The notes: generated by a model not told the origin, from the sequence alone. DNA of 64,000 nt from Squalus acanthias (GCA_030390025.1 CM059432.1:7316001-7380000), one strand, 5' to 3'; positions 50,114 through 62,604 are shown, numbered from the stretch's first letter. Translations and numbers: made by a program.

Positions 50114-51132
50114 AAATATAAAATAGCTGCTTATATTGCGCTTTCTAACGAACCCCGATTATCGCTGATCTATTCTGTCGGACGTCACTCCATCGCCAAC
50201 GTGCAGATGCATTTGGATCTCTGGTGCAGCTCCACCGTTCCAAAAGAAAGTTCTGTCCCCGTCTATTAATATTAAAACCAAGCAGCGCTTCTAACCCTGC
50301 GAGAGAGCTAGCCAAGATTCATTTTGAGACTGGCCTTGTTGAACTCGATGAATTCAGTGGTGCAATACTTACATACTACAGGAGTCTCAACCTGCTTGGT
50401 GGGTGCTCATTACAGTGAGATGTGAAGGCACCAGCACTTCTATTCCCCGCGCTCGGAGCAAGTTGGAGTTGTTATTGCTGAAACCCTGCCAATTAGCGTC
50501 AAATTCAGGGTGGTCCAGTGGACGTATGTCAAGTGGGAATTAGAGCAAGACTCGCTGAATTCGTTCCCCATTTATCGAGCGGTCTTTATTCGCTCCGTGT
50601 TATGTAACCTCAAAGGGGCAATGCTAAAGGTAAGTTGCTCCGTTGCAAACAGGCAACCAGCAACTCATGTTCGAGACACTCAACCAACCGCCTACAGGCA
50701 GAAAATGCACTTAGAAATATTGATGCAGTTACAATAACTTAGGTTTCATTCTCCTTGGCAAGGACTGTGCATTTAGTATGGGAACCGCTATTAAACCTGC
50801 TGTATCCTCGCGGGTGTTGAAAAGAATAATTTTCCAGAACACGGACCTGATTTAAATTATGTAACCCCTCTCAGAAAATTATACAAACTCTACTCATGGC
50901 GGCTGAACTATTCCAGGGGGAGGAATGGAAGGTCAGAGAGCAAGTCATGCCAGACAAATTTCTTGCACAAATTAGTGACTCATTACAGAGCAGCATTGGC
51001 AGTAGTCTGGGGAAAATGTTCTCAGCTCGGCCGTTGAGCTGGGAAGTTCCACAAGATGAAAACAAAAAACTGCAGCCATAAAAAAAAAAGAGAATGGAAA
51101 ATAAACAAGTGCCGCAGTCAATCGCGATTAAG

Positions 51133-51584
51133 TGTCAGCCGTGGCTCAGACCGAAGGCTGTGGGTTCACAGTCCCACTCCAAGGGCTTTCAGCACAATAA
51201 ATCTAGGCTGACATACTCCCAGTGCCGCGCTGAGGGAGCGCCGCACTGTCGCAGGTGCCGTCTTTCGGATGAGACATTAAACCGAGGCCCCCGTCTGCCC
51301 CCTCAGGTGGACGTAAAAGATCCCAGGGCCACTATTTCGAAGGAGAGCAGGGGAGTTCTCCCCGGTGTCCTGGACAATATTTATCCCTCAATCCACAACG
51401 CTAAAAACAGATTATCAGGTGATTATCACATTGCTGTTTGTGGGAGCTTGCTGTGCGCAAATTGGCTGCCGCGTTTTCTACATTAGAACAGTGACTACAC
51501 TTCAAAAGTACTTCATTGGCTGTAAAGCGCTTTGAGATGTCCTGTGGTCGTGAAAGGCGCTATAGAAATGTAAGTTCTTTCTTT
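51133..51584 (+). mobile_element. Deu-domain SINE
   Basis: Homology to other copies. Confidence 0.85.
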
Positions 51585-51839
51585 TAAGAAAATAGGTGGA
51601 AAATTAACTGCCCAATTTTAACTCTGGGTCCATATTGGTGGGTTAAGAAGAGGTGTGAGTTAGAAACTCACCTGCTGCTCCAGAAGAATGGGCCTCCTTT
51701 AAATCCCTACTTCCTACCTGTTCCGGACAGAAAGTCTTGGAAAGTGGTGATAAACATCAAGGCCCAGATGCTGCCCGCTGAGCCTAGATAGGTGGCAGAA
51801 TCCCATGGGGGTCTCGCCATCAGAAAGTGGGGGTGGAGC

Positions 51840-52750
51840 ACAATTTTGGATGAGCTGAAGTTTATGGAGGGTGCAAGGTGGGAGGCTGGCCAGGAGAGCA
51901 TTGGAATAGTCAAGTCTTGAATCGAGGTTACAAAGGCAGGGGTGAGGGGTTTCGGCAGCGGATGAGCTGAGGCGGGACGGAGTCGAACGGTGTTACGGAG
52001 GTGGAAGTGGGCAGCCTTGGCGATGGAGTGGATAGGAGGCTGAAGCTCAGCTGAGGGTCGAATAGGACGGGAGGTTGCGAAAATAAGAACACAGAAACAG
52101 GAGCAGGAGTCGGCCAATCGGCCCCTCGAGCCTGCTCCGCCATTCAATAAGATCATGGCTGATCCAATCTTGGCCTCAACACCACTTTCCCGCTCTCTCC
52201 TCATACCCCTTGACGTTCAAATGTCTGTCAATCTCCGCCTTGAATATATTCAATGAAGAACGATCTGGTTCAGCCTCAGACAGTGGCCAGGGAGAGGGAT
52301 GGAATCGATGGCTAGGGAATGGGGTTTGTGGCAGGGACAATGGTTTTGGTCTTCCCGATGCTTAATTGGAGGAAGTTTCTGCTCAATCCAGTACTGGATG
52401 TCGAACAAGCAGCGTGACAAATTATAGGTAGTAGAGGGGCGAGAGAGGTGGTGGTGAGGTAGAGTTGGGTGTCATCGGCATATATGTGTGAGCTTGACAT
52501 GCTTTCGGATAATGTCGCCCAGAAATAGAAGGGGCCCAAGGGTAGATCTTTGGGGGACTCCAGAGGTAGCAGTGCGGGAGCGGGGAGAGAAGCCATTGCA
52601 GGAAATTCTCTGGCTCCGACTGGATAGGTAGGAATGGAACCAGGCGCGGGCAGTCCCACCCAGTGGAGGAGAGGCGTTGGAGGAGGATAGTGTGGTCAAC
52701 CATGTTGAAGGGTGCAGACAGGTCGAGAAGGATGAGGGAAGGGATAGCTT
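51840..52750 (-). mobile_element. L2-type LINE fragment split by a CR1 tail (about 52083-52256)
   Basis: VDHTILLQRL, SGVPQRSTLGP, HIYADDTQLY, AHFHLRN. Confidence 0.82.
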
Positions 52751-53626
52751 GCAGAGCAATACTTGAGTTTAATCCTTATCTGATCTGACAAAATAATGTT
52801 ATTAGTTTTTCACTGTGCTGCTTGACTTACTCAATGTAGAACACGGATTAAAGAAATATGAGTGGGTCTTCACAAGACTGATTCGCTGCCTCGTGTATCC
52901 TTTGATTCATTGCTCTAAACCACATTACTCTCTGCAAGCATAAGTGGTTTGACAGTCACACTACGCTCACATAGATATTTGAAAATCCAGGTAGACCAAC
53001 AGCAAACTGTATTCAGGCCGTTGAGTAGAGTGTTTGTATAATGCTGCCAATCTCTGTGAGAATCAGCCACTTCATTTGGGATGTGGTTATTCACGCCATG
53101 AAGCGTTTGAATGAAAGGAAACCATACAAAATAAAAGCACCATGCACTTATTACCGAGGTTGGAAAGTAGGCCGACCAGCTTAACGAAGTGGGTCAGGGG
53201 CGCCTTTTACATTCAGTTCCAAGTGCGACAATATCACAGCAAGTCATTTCCAACTGAGTATCTTCAGTCTTCTATCCTGAAATCATGTGTTCAGAGGGTT
53301 TCTGGTTTAAATTTGCACCAATCCGACAATTGTCAATTCAAAATAAGTTAAAAGGGGAATTCCTGATTTGATTAAATTACTTTAATGAGTCCACAGATAA
53401 ATGGAGGGAAGGGAGTGCAGCCAGATCTCGTACCCCATATTCTCCAATTGGAGATTTGCAGTGACTACACTTCAAACAAAGTATCTCATTGGTTGTAAAG
53501 CACATCATGAGGGCGTGAAAGGCGCTATATAAATGCAAGTCTTTCTTTTTGCTTTCTACTTGGTAATGCAAAAGTGACTAACTTTTCAACCTATCTGTTA
53601 ATACATCCAGAATATAAAGGTCTAAG

Positions 53627-54772
53627 TAAAAAAGACTTGCATTTGTATACCAGCCATCCCAAAGCACTTTACAGCCAATTAAGTACTTTTTTGAAGTGTA
53701 GTCACTGTTGTAATGTAGGGAACGCGGCAGCCAATTTGTGCACAGCAAGCTCCCACAAACAGCAATGTGATAATGACCAGATAATCTGTTTTATTGATGT
53801 TGATTGAGAGATAAGTATTGGCCAGGACACTGGGAATAACTCAAACAAAAGCGAAATACTGTGGATGCTGGAAATCTGAAATAAAAACAGAAAATGCTGG
53901 AAATACTCAGCAGGTCAGGCAGCATCTGTGGAGAGAGAAACAGAGTCAACGTTTCAGGTCGATGACCCTTCGTCAGAACTGGAAAAAGTTGGAGATGGAA
54001 CAGGTTTTTAAGCAAGTGTAGGGGCAGGGAAAGGGGGGAGGGGAGGAAAGAACAAAAGGGAAGGTCTGTGATAGGGTGGAAGGCAGGAGAGATTAAGAGA
54101 CAAAAGGGATGATGGTGCAAGGCAAAAGGAGATGGTAATGGGACAAGTTAAGAACAAAAGATGACTCTAGATGAAGTGTAAATGGCAATGGCAGAATGAT
54201 CGACAGCTGCCATGTGAGAGAAAGAAAAAAAATGATAGGGGCAGAGGTTATGGTCTGAAATTGTTGAACTCGACGTTGAGTCCAGAAGGCTGTAAAGTGC
54301 CTGATTGAGAGATGAGGTGCTGTTCCTCGAGCTTACGTTGAGCTTCATTGGAACAGTGTAAGAGGCCGAGGACGGAGAGGTCAGAGTGGGAGTGGAGCGG
54401 AGAATTCAAGTGACAGGCGACGGAAGCTCGGGGTCACCCTTACAGACTGAACGGAGGTGTTCCGCAAAGCGATCACCCAATCTGCATTTGGTCTCCCCAA
54501 TGTAGAGGAGACCGCATCGTGAGCAGCGAATACAGTATACTAAATTACAAGAAGTACAAGAATAACTCCTCTGCTCTTCTTCGAAATAGTGCCATGGAAT
54601 CTTTTACGTCCACCTGAGAGCGCAGACGGAGCCTCGGTTTAACATCTCATCTGAAAGACGGCGCCTCCGAGAGTGCAACACTCCCTCAGTACTGCACTGG
54701 AGTGTCAGCCTAGCTCAAGTCTCTGGAGTGGGTCTTGAACCCACAACCTTCTGACTCTTAGGCAAGGCTGCT
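53627..54772 (-). mobile_element. Deu-domain SINE split by a Penelope insertion
   Basis: ..GGACACTGGGAATAACTC | CTCTGCTCTTCTTCG.. rejoins. Confidence 0.85.
53843..54559 (-). mobile_element. Penelope-like element family A, 5'-truncated; hammerhead motif at 53944-53980
   Basis: VYCIRCSRCGLLYIGETK (GIY-YIG) on minus strand; direct repeat GAATAACTC at 53834-53842 and 54560-54568. Confidence 0.9.
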
Positions 54773-55007
54773 AAGTATAGTGAGTGGGGTTAAATCTTAT
54801 CTATTCTTTATAACACTGTGAATGGGAGTGCCTGGGGATAAAACCTGAAAATATACACAGGGTGAGTAGTACTGTGTCATACAGTTAAACATTCATGTAA
54901 TAATCACTACAATTATTTCAGAAACCAAAGTAGACAGACACTGAAACATTGGCAATTCCCTACCAAGAAAGCAACATCAGATTGCAATTATATTCAAATA
55001 TCATCGT

Positions 55008-55565
55008 CCTTCTTCTTAGGCAATCCCTCGGCACCGAGGATGACTTGCTTCCACATTAAAAATGAGTTCTCAGGTGACTGATGAGTTCAATGTGGGACCT
55101 ACAGTCTCTGTCACAGGTGGCGCAGACAGTGGTTGAAGGGGCGGGTGGGTGGGGTGCTTGGGTTGACGTGCGCTCCTTGCGCTGTTTGCGCTTGGCTTCC
55201 GCTTGCTCCCGGCGAAGAGACTCGAGGTGTTCTCCGCCTTCCCGGATGCTTCTCCTCCACTTTGTGCGGTCTTGGGCCAGGGATTCCCAGGTGTCAGTGG
55301 GGATGTTGCATTTTTTCAAGGAGGCTTGGAGGGTGTCCTTGAAGTGTTTCCTCTGCCCACCTGGGGCTCTCTTGCCGTGTCGGAGCTCCGAGTAGAGTGC
55401 TTGTTTTGGAAGTCTCGTATCGGGTATGCGGACGATGTGACCCGTCCATCGGAGCTGATCGAGCGTGGTCAGAGCTTCGATGCTGGGGATGTTGGCCTGA
55501 GTGAGAACACTGACATTTGTGTGCCTATCCTGCCAATGGATTTGCAGGATCTTGCGGAGGCAGGG
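55008..55565 (-). mobile_element. RTE-clade LINE 3' fragment
   Basis: ORF 55056-55577, near-identical to 26633-27140. Confidence 0.9.
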
Positions 55566-56239
55566 ATATACCGACAAGCGTATTCCCTCCGCCAGTTTAA
55601 TATTCTTGAATAGTGCAGCAGTGCATCAGTTAAATTGTTCTTTCCCACCTCAACAGAATCTGAACTCTCAATAAAGCAAAAGTTTGTTTAAGGCTTGAGC
55701 ACTGATTTCATATCTTTTAGCACCTCCTCACACTCCTAGACAGAACACGAAGTAAAGCTTATTGACTGCGCTCCCTGACCTACATTGTCTCCCAGTCCAG
55801 TAATGCCTCAAATTTAAAATTCCCTCCACAGCGTGTGTCTTCTGGCCCTGACAGGTTCCCCACCCGGAAGTTAGCCTGGTTGACAGGCTTGGCTTCCAGT
55901 CGGGTGGGGAGCACATGAACTCTGACCCCGGGGGGCCTGATCCCGGGTGGTGGGGTTGGGGGGGGAGGTGTGATCCCTGATCCCTGATCCCGGGGCCTTT
56001 GGATGGCAGTGAAGCTTGGGAGGCCAGAAGGGAATCACTCCTGCTCCTCCTGGCCCACAAGCAGCGCTGTGTAGGAATTTACCTTCTCCTTTCAGCTGCC
56101 GGGTTTCCCGAGGCCCTGTAGCTTTGAAAAGCTCTGAATTAATTTGTCCGTGACTACACAAACCACTCTGGGTCCAGGTATATTGTGTATCAGTAAAACA
56201 GGTTTATTAAGCATTAAACATCCAGTACAAAGAAATAAT

Positions 56240-56982
56240 GGCCCAGAAATTGATCTCGCTCTGTTCCCGCGGGGGTAAGCCTTCCCCGCGATCTCTCACC
56301 TCGCTTGTGCTTTTTCAGATCCAGCTCGCACGAACTTGATGTTCCAGACATCAGCCGGGCAGTGCTTGCGTATCCCACCGGCGTAGTGAATTCGTGCGAG
56401 CTGTGGGATCACGTGACTCAGTTAGAGCCAATGGCAGCACACCATCTTCCATTCATAAGTTTCACATACGTGCTGTGAAATCTATGAATCTTACACTCCC
56501 CCAAAATAACAGCTAAACCTCAATTAAATTTAAAAAAAAAACATCACATTAATAAAATAAGTATAGTTAAATAAATTAACCATTTTAAATAAAAAATTAA
56601 ATTTTTGAAAAAATTTAAAATCTTTTAAAAAGTTATAAAAATAAACTTACCTGTCTTTAAAGTCTCTAAAAAAGATATACCTGTTAAAAAAAATTCAAAA
56701 AAATACTTAATTCACTACTTACCTTGTTAAAAGTGGGTCTTACTCCTCCTTTTTCCATTTCTAAAATCTTCAGTACTTACCTGCGCGTCCAAAGCATGAA
56801 GTGCACAGCGTGCGCGCAGCCTGTAGCGCGCACGCGATGCACCGAGGAACCGCCCCCTTTTCAAAAGAGCAATTGCCGGTTTTCAGCGCATGCGCAGGGC
56901 ATGCAGAAAACCGGCAATTGCAGAGGGAATACGCGAGAGTACGCAGTGCGTACTCTCGCGCACCGGGATGAATTTTTGGGCC
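56240..56982. mobile_element. Harbinger-type MITE with AT-rich core
   Basis: TIR GGCCCAGAAATT vs GGCCCAAAAATT; TSD AAT at 56237-56239 and 56983-56985. Confidence 0.88.
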
Positions 56983-57309
56983 AATACTTAACATTGAACC
57001 CCGGCGTTCCTTCCGAGTGACTGTGGCGCGGTCTCTTTAACTCTTGCTGTGTTCTGTTGACTGAAGCTTCTCATCCTCTGGTTTCGCGCTGCTTTCAGTG
57101 TTCAATAGCTGTTCCTTTGATACCTTTTTTTTCCCCCCTTCAAAATACATAGCAACTTGCAGCTGCTTGGGCTATCTCACCATGCTGACCTTCGCAAGTA
57201 CGGTCTATGATTCCCTCCCCTTTTCTGCTGTGAGCTTTGAGTATGAGAACTTTTACATAACCAGACTTCCCATGAGTTATGACAGAGGTCTTTTGCCTTT
57301 CACACAGCC

Positions 57310-58112
57310 TGTAAGAAACAGCTATTAGATTCATAGATGAAGTTTGACTCTTAGAACAGAAATTAAAACTGCAGTCAGGAATAAATGGGGGAAGTGTCAG
57401 CAAGGTCAAATAATAAACACCGAAAGGCCTGAAAGTGATAAGGGGATCGTAAAATGCAAGACAACACAGGGTGGTGGTACCATAGCTAGACAAAATGAAG
57501 CCGAAAAGTCATAAAATGTCCTTAAAGAAACATAACAAAACATTCCTCAGAAAGATAAGAGAAAGGCCTCGTCAGCCATGCAGAAAGGGGCAGTGGGAAA
57601 TGTCTTCCCGCACCACACTTGGATTATAGATGATTGACACTAGATAGATCACAGCCCACCGAAATAACTATAAATATAGAGGGCTGAGAAAGGGAGTCGG
57701 TCGGCGAGGGGCGAAGGCTTCTTTGAGGTGGAATCAATGCTGGCTTAGGCCTAACACCTTGACTAAGTTTAGCCTCTGAGGTGGATCAATGCTGGCTCAC
57801 GCCTAGCACCTCCAACAGCTCGGGGGAGGAATCAACAGAAGTGACCGCTGTTACTGACTGCAGAGACCTGCTGACCCAAGACCTCCACGCTGCCTCATCA
57901 GACATCCAACCAACCGTCCGTCCGGTCGTGGCGTTCCGCTTCGGGAGTCGTAGATCGCTCTCTACTGTCACGGGTTGTATGTCTGTTATACTTAGCTTAA
58001 ACCATCTGTAATATCTGATTATGCTTTAAAACTGTAGCTCTTAAATAAAAGCCTTACAACTTCTAAAGCCCTGTTGGGTAATCTGTGTGTGGCCTGTGAT
58101 CCGGATCTTACA
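57310..58112 (+). mobile_element. Solo LTR (ERV or Gypsy type), 803 bp
   Basis: TGTAAGA...TCTTACA inverted termini; TSD AGCC at 57306-57309 and 58113-58116; TATAAATA near 57669; AATAAA near 58044. Confidence 0.85.
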
Positions 58113-58685
58113 AGCCCATTATCTAGACTGGTCTGAAACTTCAACGATAAGGGATGTTAGGTATTGAAAACCCTCTATCTTACTTTGAGACTTAATTAAT
58201 GTCTTGTCCTTCACTGGCTTCTTGTTTTTAATATAACAGAAAAACTACATTACCTCAGCACTATTCTCACAGTTAACATAATGTTGGCTTAATTTTATCA
58301 TCATGCTTTGCTTCCCAGCCAGTCGCCATTTTGTACAGGCTTTTTAGGTTTTTAACATACAATTTCACATATTATAGTTATTTAATAATGGTTACAAAAT
58401 CTGAACAATGTTTACTAAATTCTACAGGTACACTCTATCCTACAGCCCGGGAAACCTGGCTGCCCACTGTAAAACCTGCAAAGCAGGTTAAATCAGAGAC
58501 TGCCAGCCTCATTAAAATACTTAAATTGGCAACCCACCTCCTGGGAGCGGGTTGGCCGCCCGCCCCTTGTCCAGTCTCCGTTAAACCTGGAAGTGGGCGG
58601 GTTGGAAGCAGGTTGGGGTCGGGATTCAGATATTCACCCCCCCCCCACACCCCCACCCACTTTTGTGTGCCAAAATTGCCCCAAA

Positions 58686-58915
58686 TGTTTCAGGTCGATG
58701 GCCTTACATCAGAACTGGAAAAAGTTAGAGATGTAACAGGTTTTAAGCAAGTGCAGAGGCAGGGAAAGGTGGGGAGAGGAGGAAAGAACAAAAGGGAAGG
58801 TCTGTGATAGGGTGGAAGGCAGGAGAGATTAAATGACAAAAGGGATGATGGTGCGAGGCACAAACGAGTGGTAATGGGACAAGTAAAGAAACAAAAGATG
58901 GGTCTAGAGGAGGTG
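58686..58915 (-). mobile_element. Penelope family A 3' UTR fragment with a damaged hammerhead
   Basis: Homologous to 53950-54180. Confidence 0.75.
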
Positions 58916-59519
58916 TTGGGGAGGTCTCTTATAACTTGGGATTACATAGAACACACTGAATTAAACCCATGTCCTGAAAGGAATAATTGGTGGGGTAATT
59001 TATGATTTAAATCACACCGAATTAAAACAGTGCACAAGATGGGTATCTTCTAACGTCACTAACAGAAAGCAGCGGGTCGGGATAAATGGGTCATTTTCCG
59101 GTTGGCAAACAGTAACTAGTGGGGTGCCACAGGGATCGGTGCTGGGGCCTCAACTATTTACAATCTATATTAATGACTTGGATGAACGGACCAAGTGTAA
59201 TGTAGCCAAGTTTGCAGATGATACAAAGATGGGTGGGAAAGCAAGTTGTGCAGAGGACTCAAAGAATCTGCAAAGGGATATAGACAGGCTAAGTGAGTGG
59301 GCAAACATTTGGCAGATGGAGTATAATGTGGGAAAGTGCGAGGTTATCCACTTTGGCAGGAAAAATAAAAAAGCTAATTATTATTTAAATGGAGAGAGAT
59401 TACAAAATGTTACAGTTCAGAGGGACCTAGGGGTCCTTGTGCATGAAACACAAAAAGTTAGCATGTAGGTACAGCAAGTAATCAAAAAGGCAAATGGAAT
59501 GTTGGCCTTTATTTCAAGG

Positions 59520-60760
59520 ACTCTATTCCATTCTCCCAGTTTCTCGTCTCCACCGCATCTGCTCTGACGATACCACCTTCCATACCAGTGCTTCCGACAT
59601 GTCTTCCTTTTTTCTCAACCGAGGATTCCCCTCTACTGTGGTTGACACGGCCCTCGACCGTGTCCGTTCTATCTCCCGCACTTCCGCCCTCACCCCTGCC
59701 CCTCTCTCCCGGAACCACGATAGAGTTCCCCTTGTCCTCACCTTTCACCCCACCAGCTTCCACATTCAACGGATTATCCTCCGCCATTTCCGCCACCTCC
59801 AGCGTGATCCCACCACCAAACGCATCTTCCCCTCACCTCCCCTTTCAGCATTCTGCAGGGACCGCTCCCTCCGCGACACCCTAGTCCACTCCTCTACCAC
59901 CCCCAGCACCCCTTCCCCTTCGCCCGGCACCTTCCCGTGCAAGCGCAGGAGATGCAACACATGCCCTTATACCTCCCCCCTTCCCACTGTCCAGGGCTCC
60001 AAACACCCCTTCCAGGTGAAACAGCGATTTACTTGTACTTCCTGCAATTTAGTATACTGTATTCGCTGCTCACGATGTGGTCTCCTCTACATTGGGGAGA
60101 CCAAACGCAGATTGGGTGACCGCTTTGCGGACCACCTCCGTTCAGTCCGTAAGGGAGACCCCGAGCTCCCGGTGGCCTGTCACTTTAATTCACTGCTCCA
60201 CTCCCACTCAGACCTCACCGTCCTCGGCCTCTTGCACTGTTCCACGGAAGCTCAGCGTAAGCTCGAGGAACAGCACCTCATCTTTCGATTAGGCACTCTA
60301 CAGCCCTTCTGGACTCAACATAGAGTTCAACAATTTCAGATCATAACCCCGGCCCCCATCGCATATATATATATATATATATTTTTTATCACACTTTTGT
60401 TTGGCCTTTTTCTTCCCTCCCAGAAGCTGGCAGCTGTCCTTCATTCTGCCAACGCTTCATCTAGAGTCATCCTTTGTTCCTCAACCTGTCCCATTACCAC
60501 CTCCTCTTGCCTTGAATATCTCTTAATGTCTCTCAATGTCTTTTAATCTCTCCTGCTTTCTATCCTATCACTGACCTTCCCTTTTGTTCTTTCATCCCCT
60601 CTTCCTTTTCCCAGCCCTAAACTTGCTTTAAAATCTATTTCATTTCCTGCTTTTTTCCAGTTCTGATGAAAGGGTTTTGACCTGAAACGTTAACTCTGTT
60701 TCTCTCTCCACGGATGCTGCCTGGCCTGCTGAGTTTTTCCAGCGTTTTCTGTTGTTGTTT
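59520..60760 (+). mobile_element. Penelope-like element family A, 5'-truncated (RT thumb, Cys linker, GIY-YIG endonuclease, 3' terminus with hammerhead 60659-60695)
   Basis: RLHRICSDD..FLNRGFP, PLVLTFHP, CKRRRCNTC, NLVYCIRCSRCGLLYIGETKRRLGDRFADH; direct repeat TTTATTTCAAGG at 59508-59519 and 60761-60772. Confidence 0.93.
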
Positions 60761-60858
60761 TTTATTTCAAGGGGGTTGGAGTATAAAAGCAGGGAAGTCC
60801 TGCTACAACTGTACAGGGTATTGGTGAGGCCACACCTTGAGTACGGCGTACAGTTTTG

Positions 60859-61619
60859 GGGGGAAAAATTCAGCTGCTTGCGCCTCCCGTTAGCGCCTTA
60901 AGAGGGCGCTAATGGGGCGTAAAGCAGCTAACGCCCGGGCGCAGCGCCGCCCACGCCTCCCGAAAAATTCAGCGGGAGGTTAGCGGCGGCGCCAGCCGGT
61001 AGCGCCCTGTGGCGCTGCGCCGCCGGCGATGACGTCATCGCCGTGCGCAGCACCCCGCTCGCGCTCCAGCCGCGATCTTCAGTCGCGCCCCCTGATTTAC
61101 CGCCAGACGCTATGTCCGACGGGTTCAGGGAGGCGTACGTGCGGCCGGGGCGGCGATATTTAAAGGGGAGGTGGCAGGCGGCCATTTTTGTTGCTGGCCG
61201 CCTGCCAGCACCTGCCCCCGGCCCCCGTGAAGCCCCCCCACCGTGAAGTGCCGGCTGCGCTCCAAGAGCCCGGCACTTCTCTTGAGTGCCGGGCTCTTTT
61301 GCCGGCACTCCCGATCCCTGGGGGCCCAGCTGGGCCCCGGTTCGCGCTGCGCAGGGTCCCTCCCCTTTAAGAAGGGGAGGAAGGCCTGCAATACCGCGGC
61401 GCGACGTGCCGCAGCGCGTGGCGCTGCGGCACGTAGCGCCAGGATATTCACTCGCAGCGCCCCAAGAGGGATGCGGGGTGCTTCCAGTGGCGCCCCGCTT
61501 CCCTCTTGGGGCGCAACCACTGAAGTTCTGGCGCGGGGCCGCTAATTTTTTCGGGGCGCTAAAAGTCGCGCCCCGGCGAGGTTAGCGCCCCAAATGGGGC
61601 GCGACTCAATTTTTACCCC
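60859..61619. mobile_element. CpG-rich Harbinger MITE
   Basis: TIR GGGGGAAAAATT vs GGGGTAAAAATT; TSD TTG at 60856-60858 and 61620-61622; excision restores CAG TTT TGG TCT CCT (QFWSP). Confidence 0.92.
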
Positions 61620-62166
61620 TTGGTCTCCTTATTTAAGGACGGATATACCTGCATTGGAGGCAGTTCAGAGACGATTCACTAGGTTAATTCCAGAGATGAG
61701 GTGGTTGACTTATGAGGAAAGGTTGAGCAGGTTGGGCCTATACTCATTGGAATTTAGAAGAATGAGAGGTGATCTTATCAAAACATATAAGATACTGAGG
61801 GGTCTCGACAAGGTAGATGCAGAGAGGATGTTTCCCCTCGTGGGGAAATCTAGAGCTCGGAGGCATAGTTTCAGAATAAAAGGTCGCCCTTTTAGAACTG
61901 AGATGAGGAGGAATTTCTTCTCTCAGAGGGTCGTAAATCTGTGGAATTCTCTGCCCCAGAGAGCCGTGGAGGCTGGGTCATTAAATACATTTAAGGTGGA
62001 GATTTACAGAGTTTTGCAAGATAAGGGAGTGAAGGGTTATGGGGAGCGGGCAGGGAAGTGGCTTTGAGCCCAAGATCAGCCATGATCTTATTGAATGGCG
62101 GAGCAGGCTCGAGGGGCCAAGTGGCCTATTCCTGCTCCTATTTCTTATGTTCTTGTTCTTATGTTC

Positions 62167-62336
62167 CTCTAAGACGCTCCTTAATACCTACCTCTTTGAC
62201 TAAGCCTTTAGTGACCTGTCCTAACATCTCCTCATGTGGCTCGGTGTCAAATTTTGTTTGATAATCGCTCCTGTGAAGCGCCAGGGGACGTTTTCACATG
62301 TTAAAGGCGCTATATAAATGCACGCTGTTGTTGTTG
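62167..62336 (+). mobile_element. L2 3' tail
   Basis: Homologous to 895-1058. Confidence 0.85.
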
Positions 62337-62604
62337 CTGTTTTTCTGAAAGTTAAATAGACACGTCACAGCGCTCAACGACAGGCGAAGAAGGAGTTGCT
62401 CTCAGGAGTAAGAGGTGTCAACAGGATGACAAATGAGAATGACAGAATAATCTGCAATATGCAATGAAGCTCATCATTTCTGATTGAACTACTGTTGCTG
62501 AAACTGTTCTATGTTGATTTTTTTTTTTACAGCGAAACTGAATATTTATTTTACTTTAAAATTTGGGAAAAAAGCCAGTCTGTGCAGCAGCTGACATTTG
62601 TATG

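Larger units (their letters stand above)
59058..62166 (+). mobile_element. CR1-type LINE RT fragment interrupted by Penelope (59520-60760) and a MITE (60859-61619)
   Basis: GVPQGSVLGP, KFADD; AFISR|GLEYK and QF|WSPYLR rejoin across the insertions; (TTCTTATG)n tail. Confidence 0.92.

Noticed and set aside
55790..56150. Additional MITE (also 58440-58683, 51590-51830, 63820-64000)
   Set aside because: Internal motifs resemble the MITEs, but paired TIRs and TSDs could not be located
59494..60546. 350-aa ORF as an intact GIY-YIG nuclease gene
   Set aside because: The ATG comes from an out-of-frame CR1 sequence; the body is a 5'-truncated Penelope ORF with a frameshifted C-terminus
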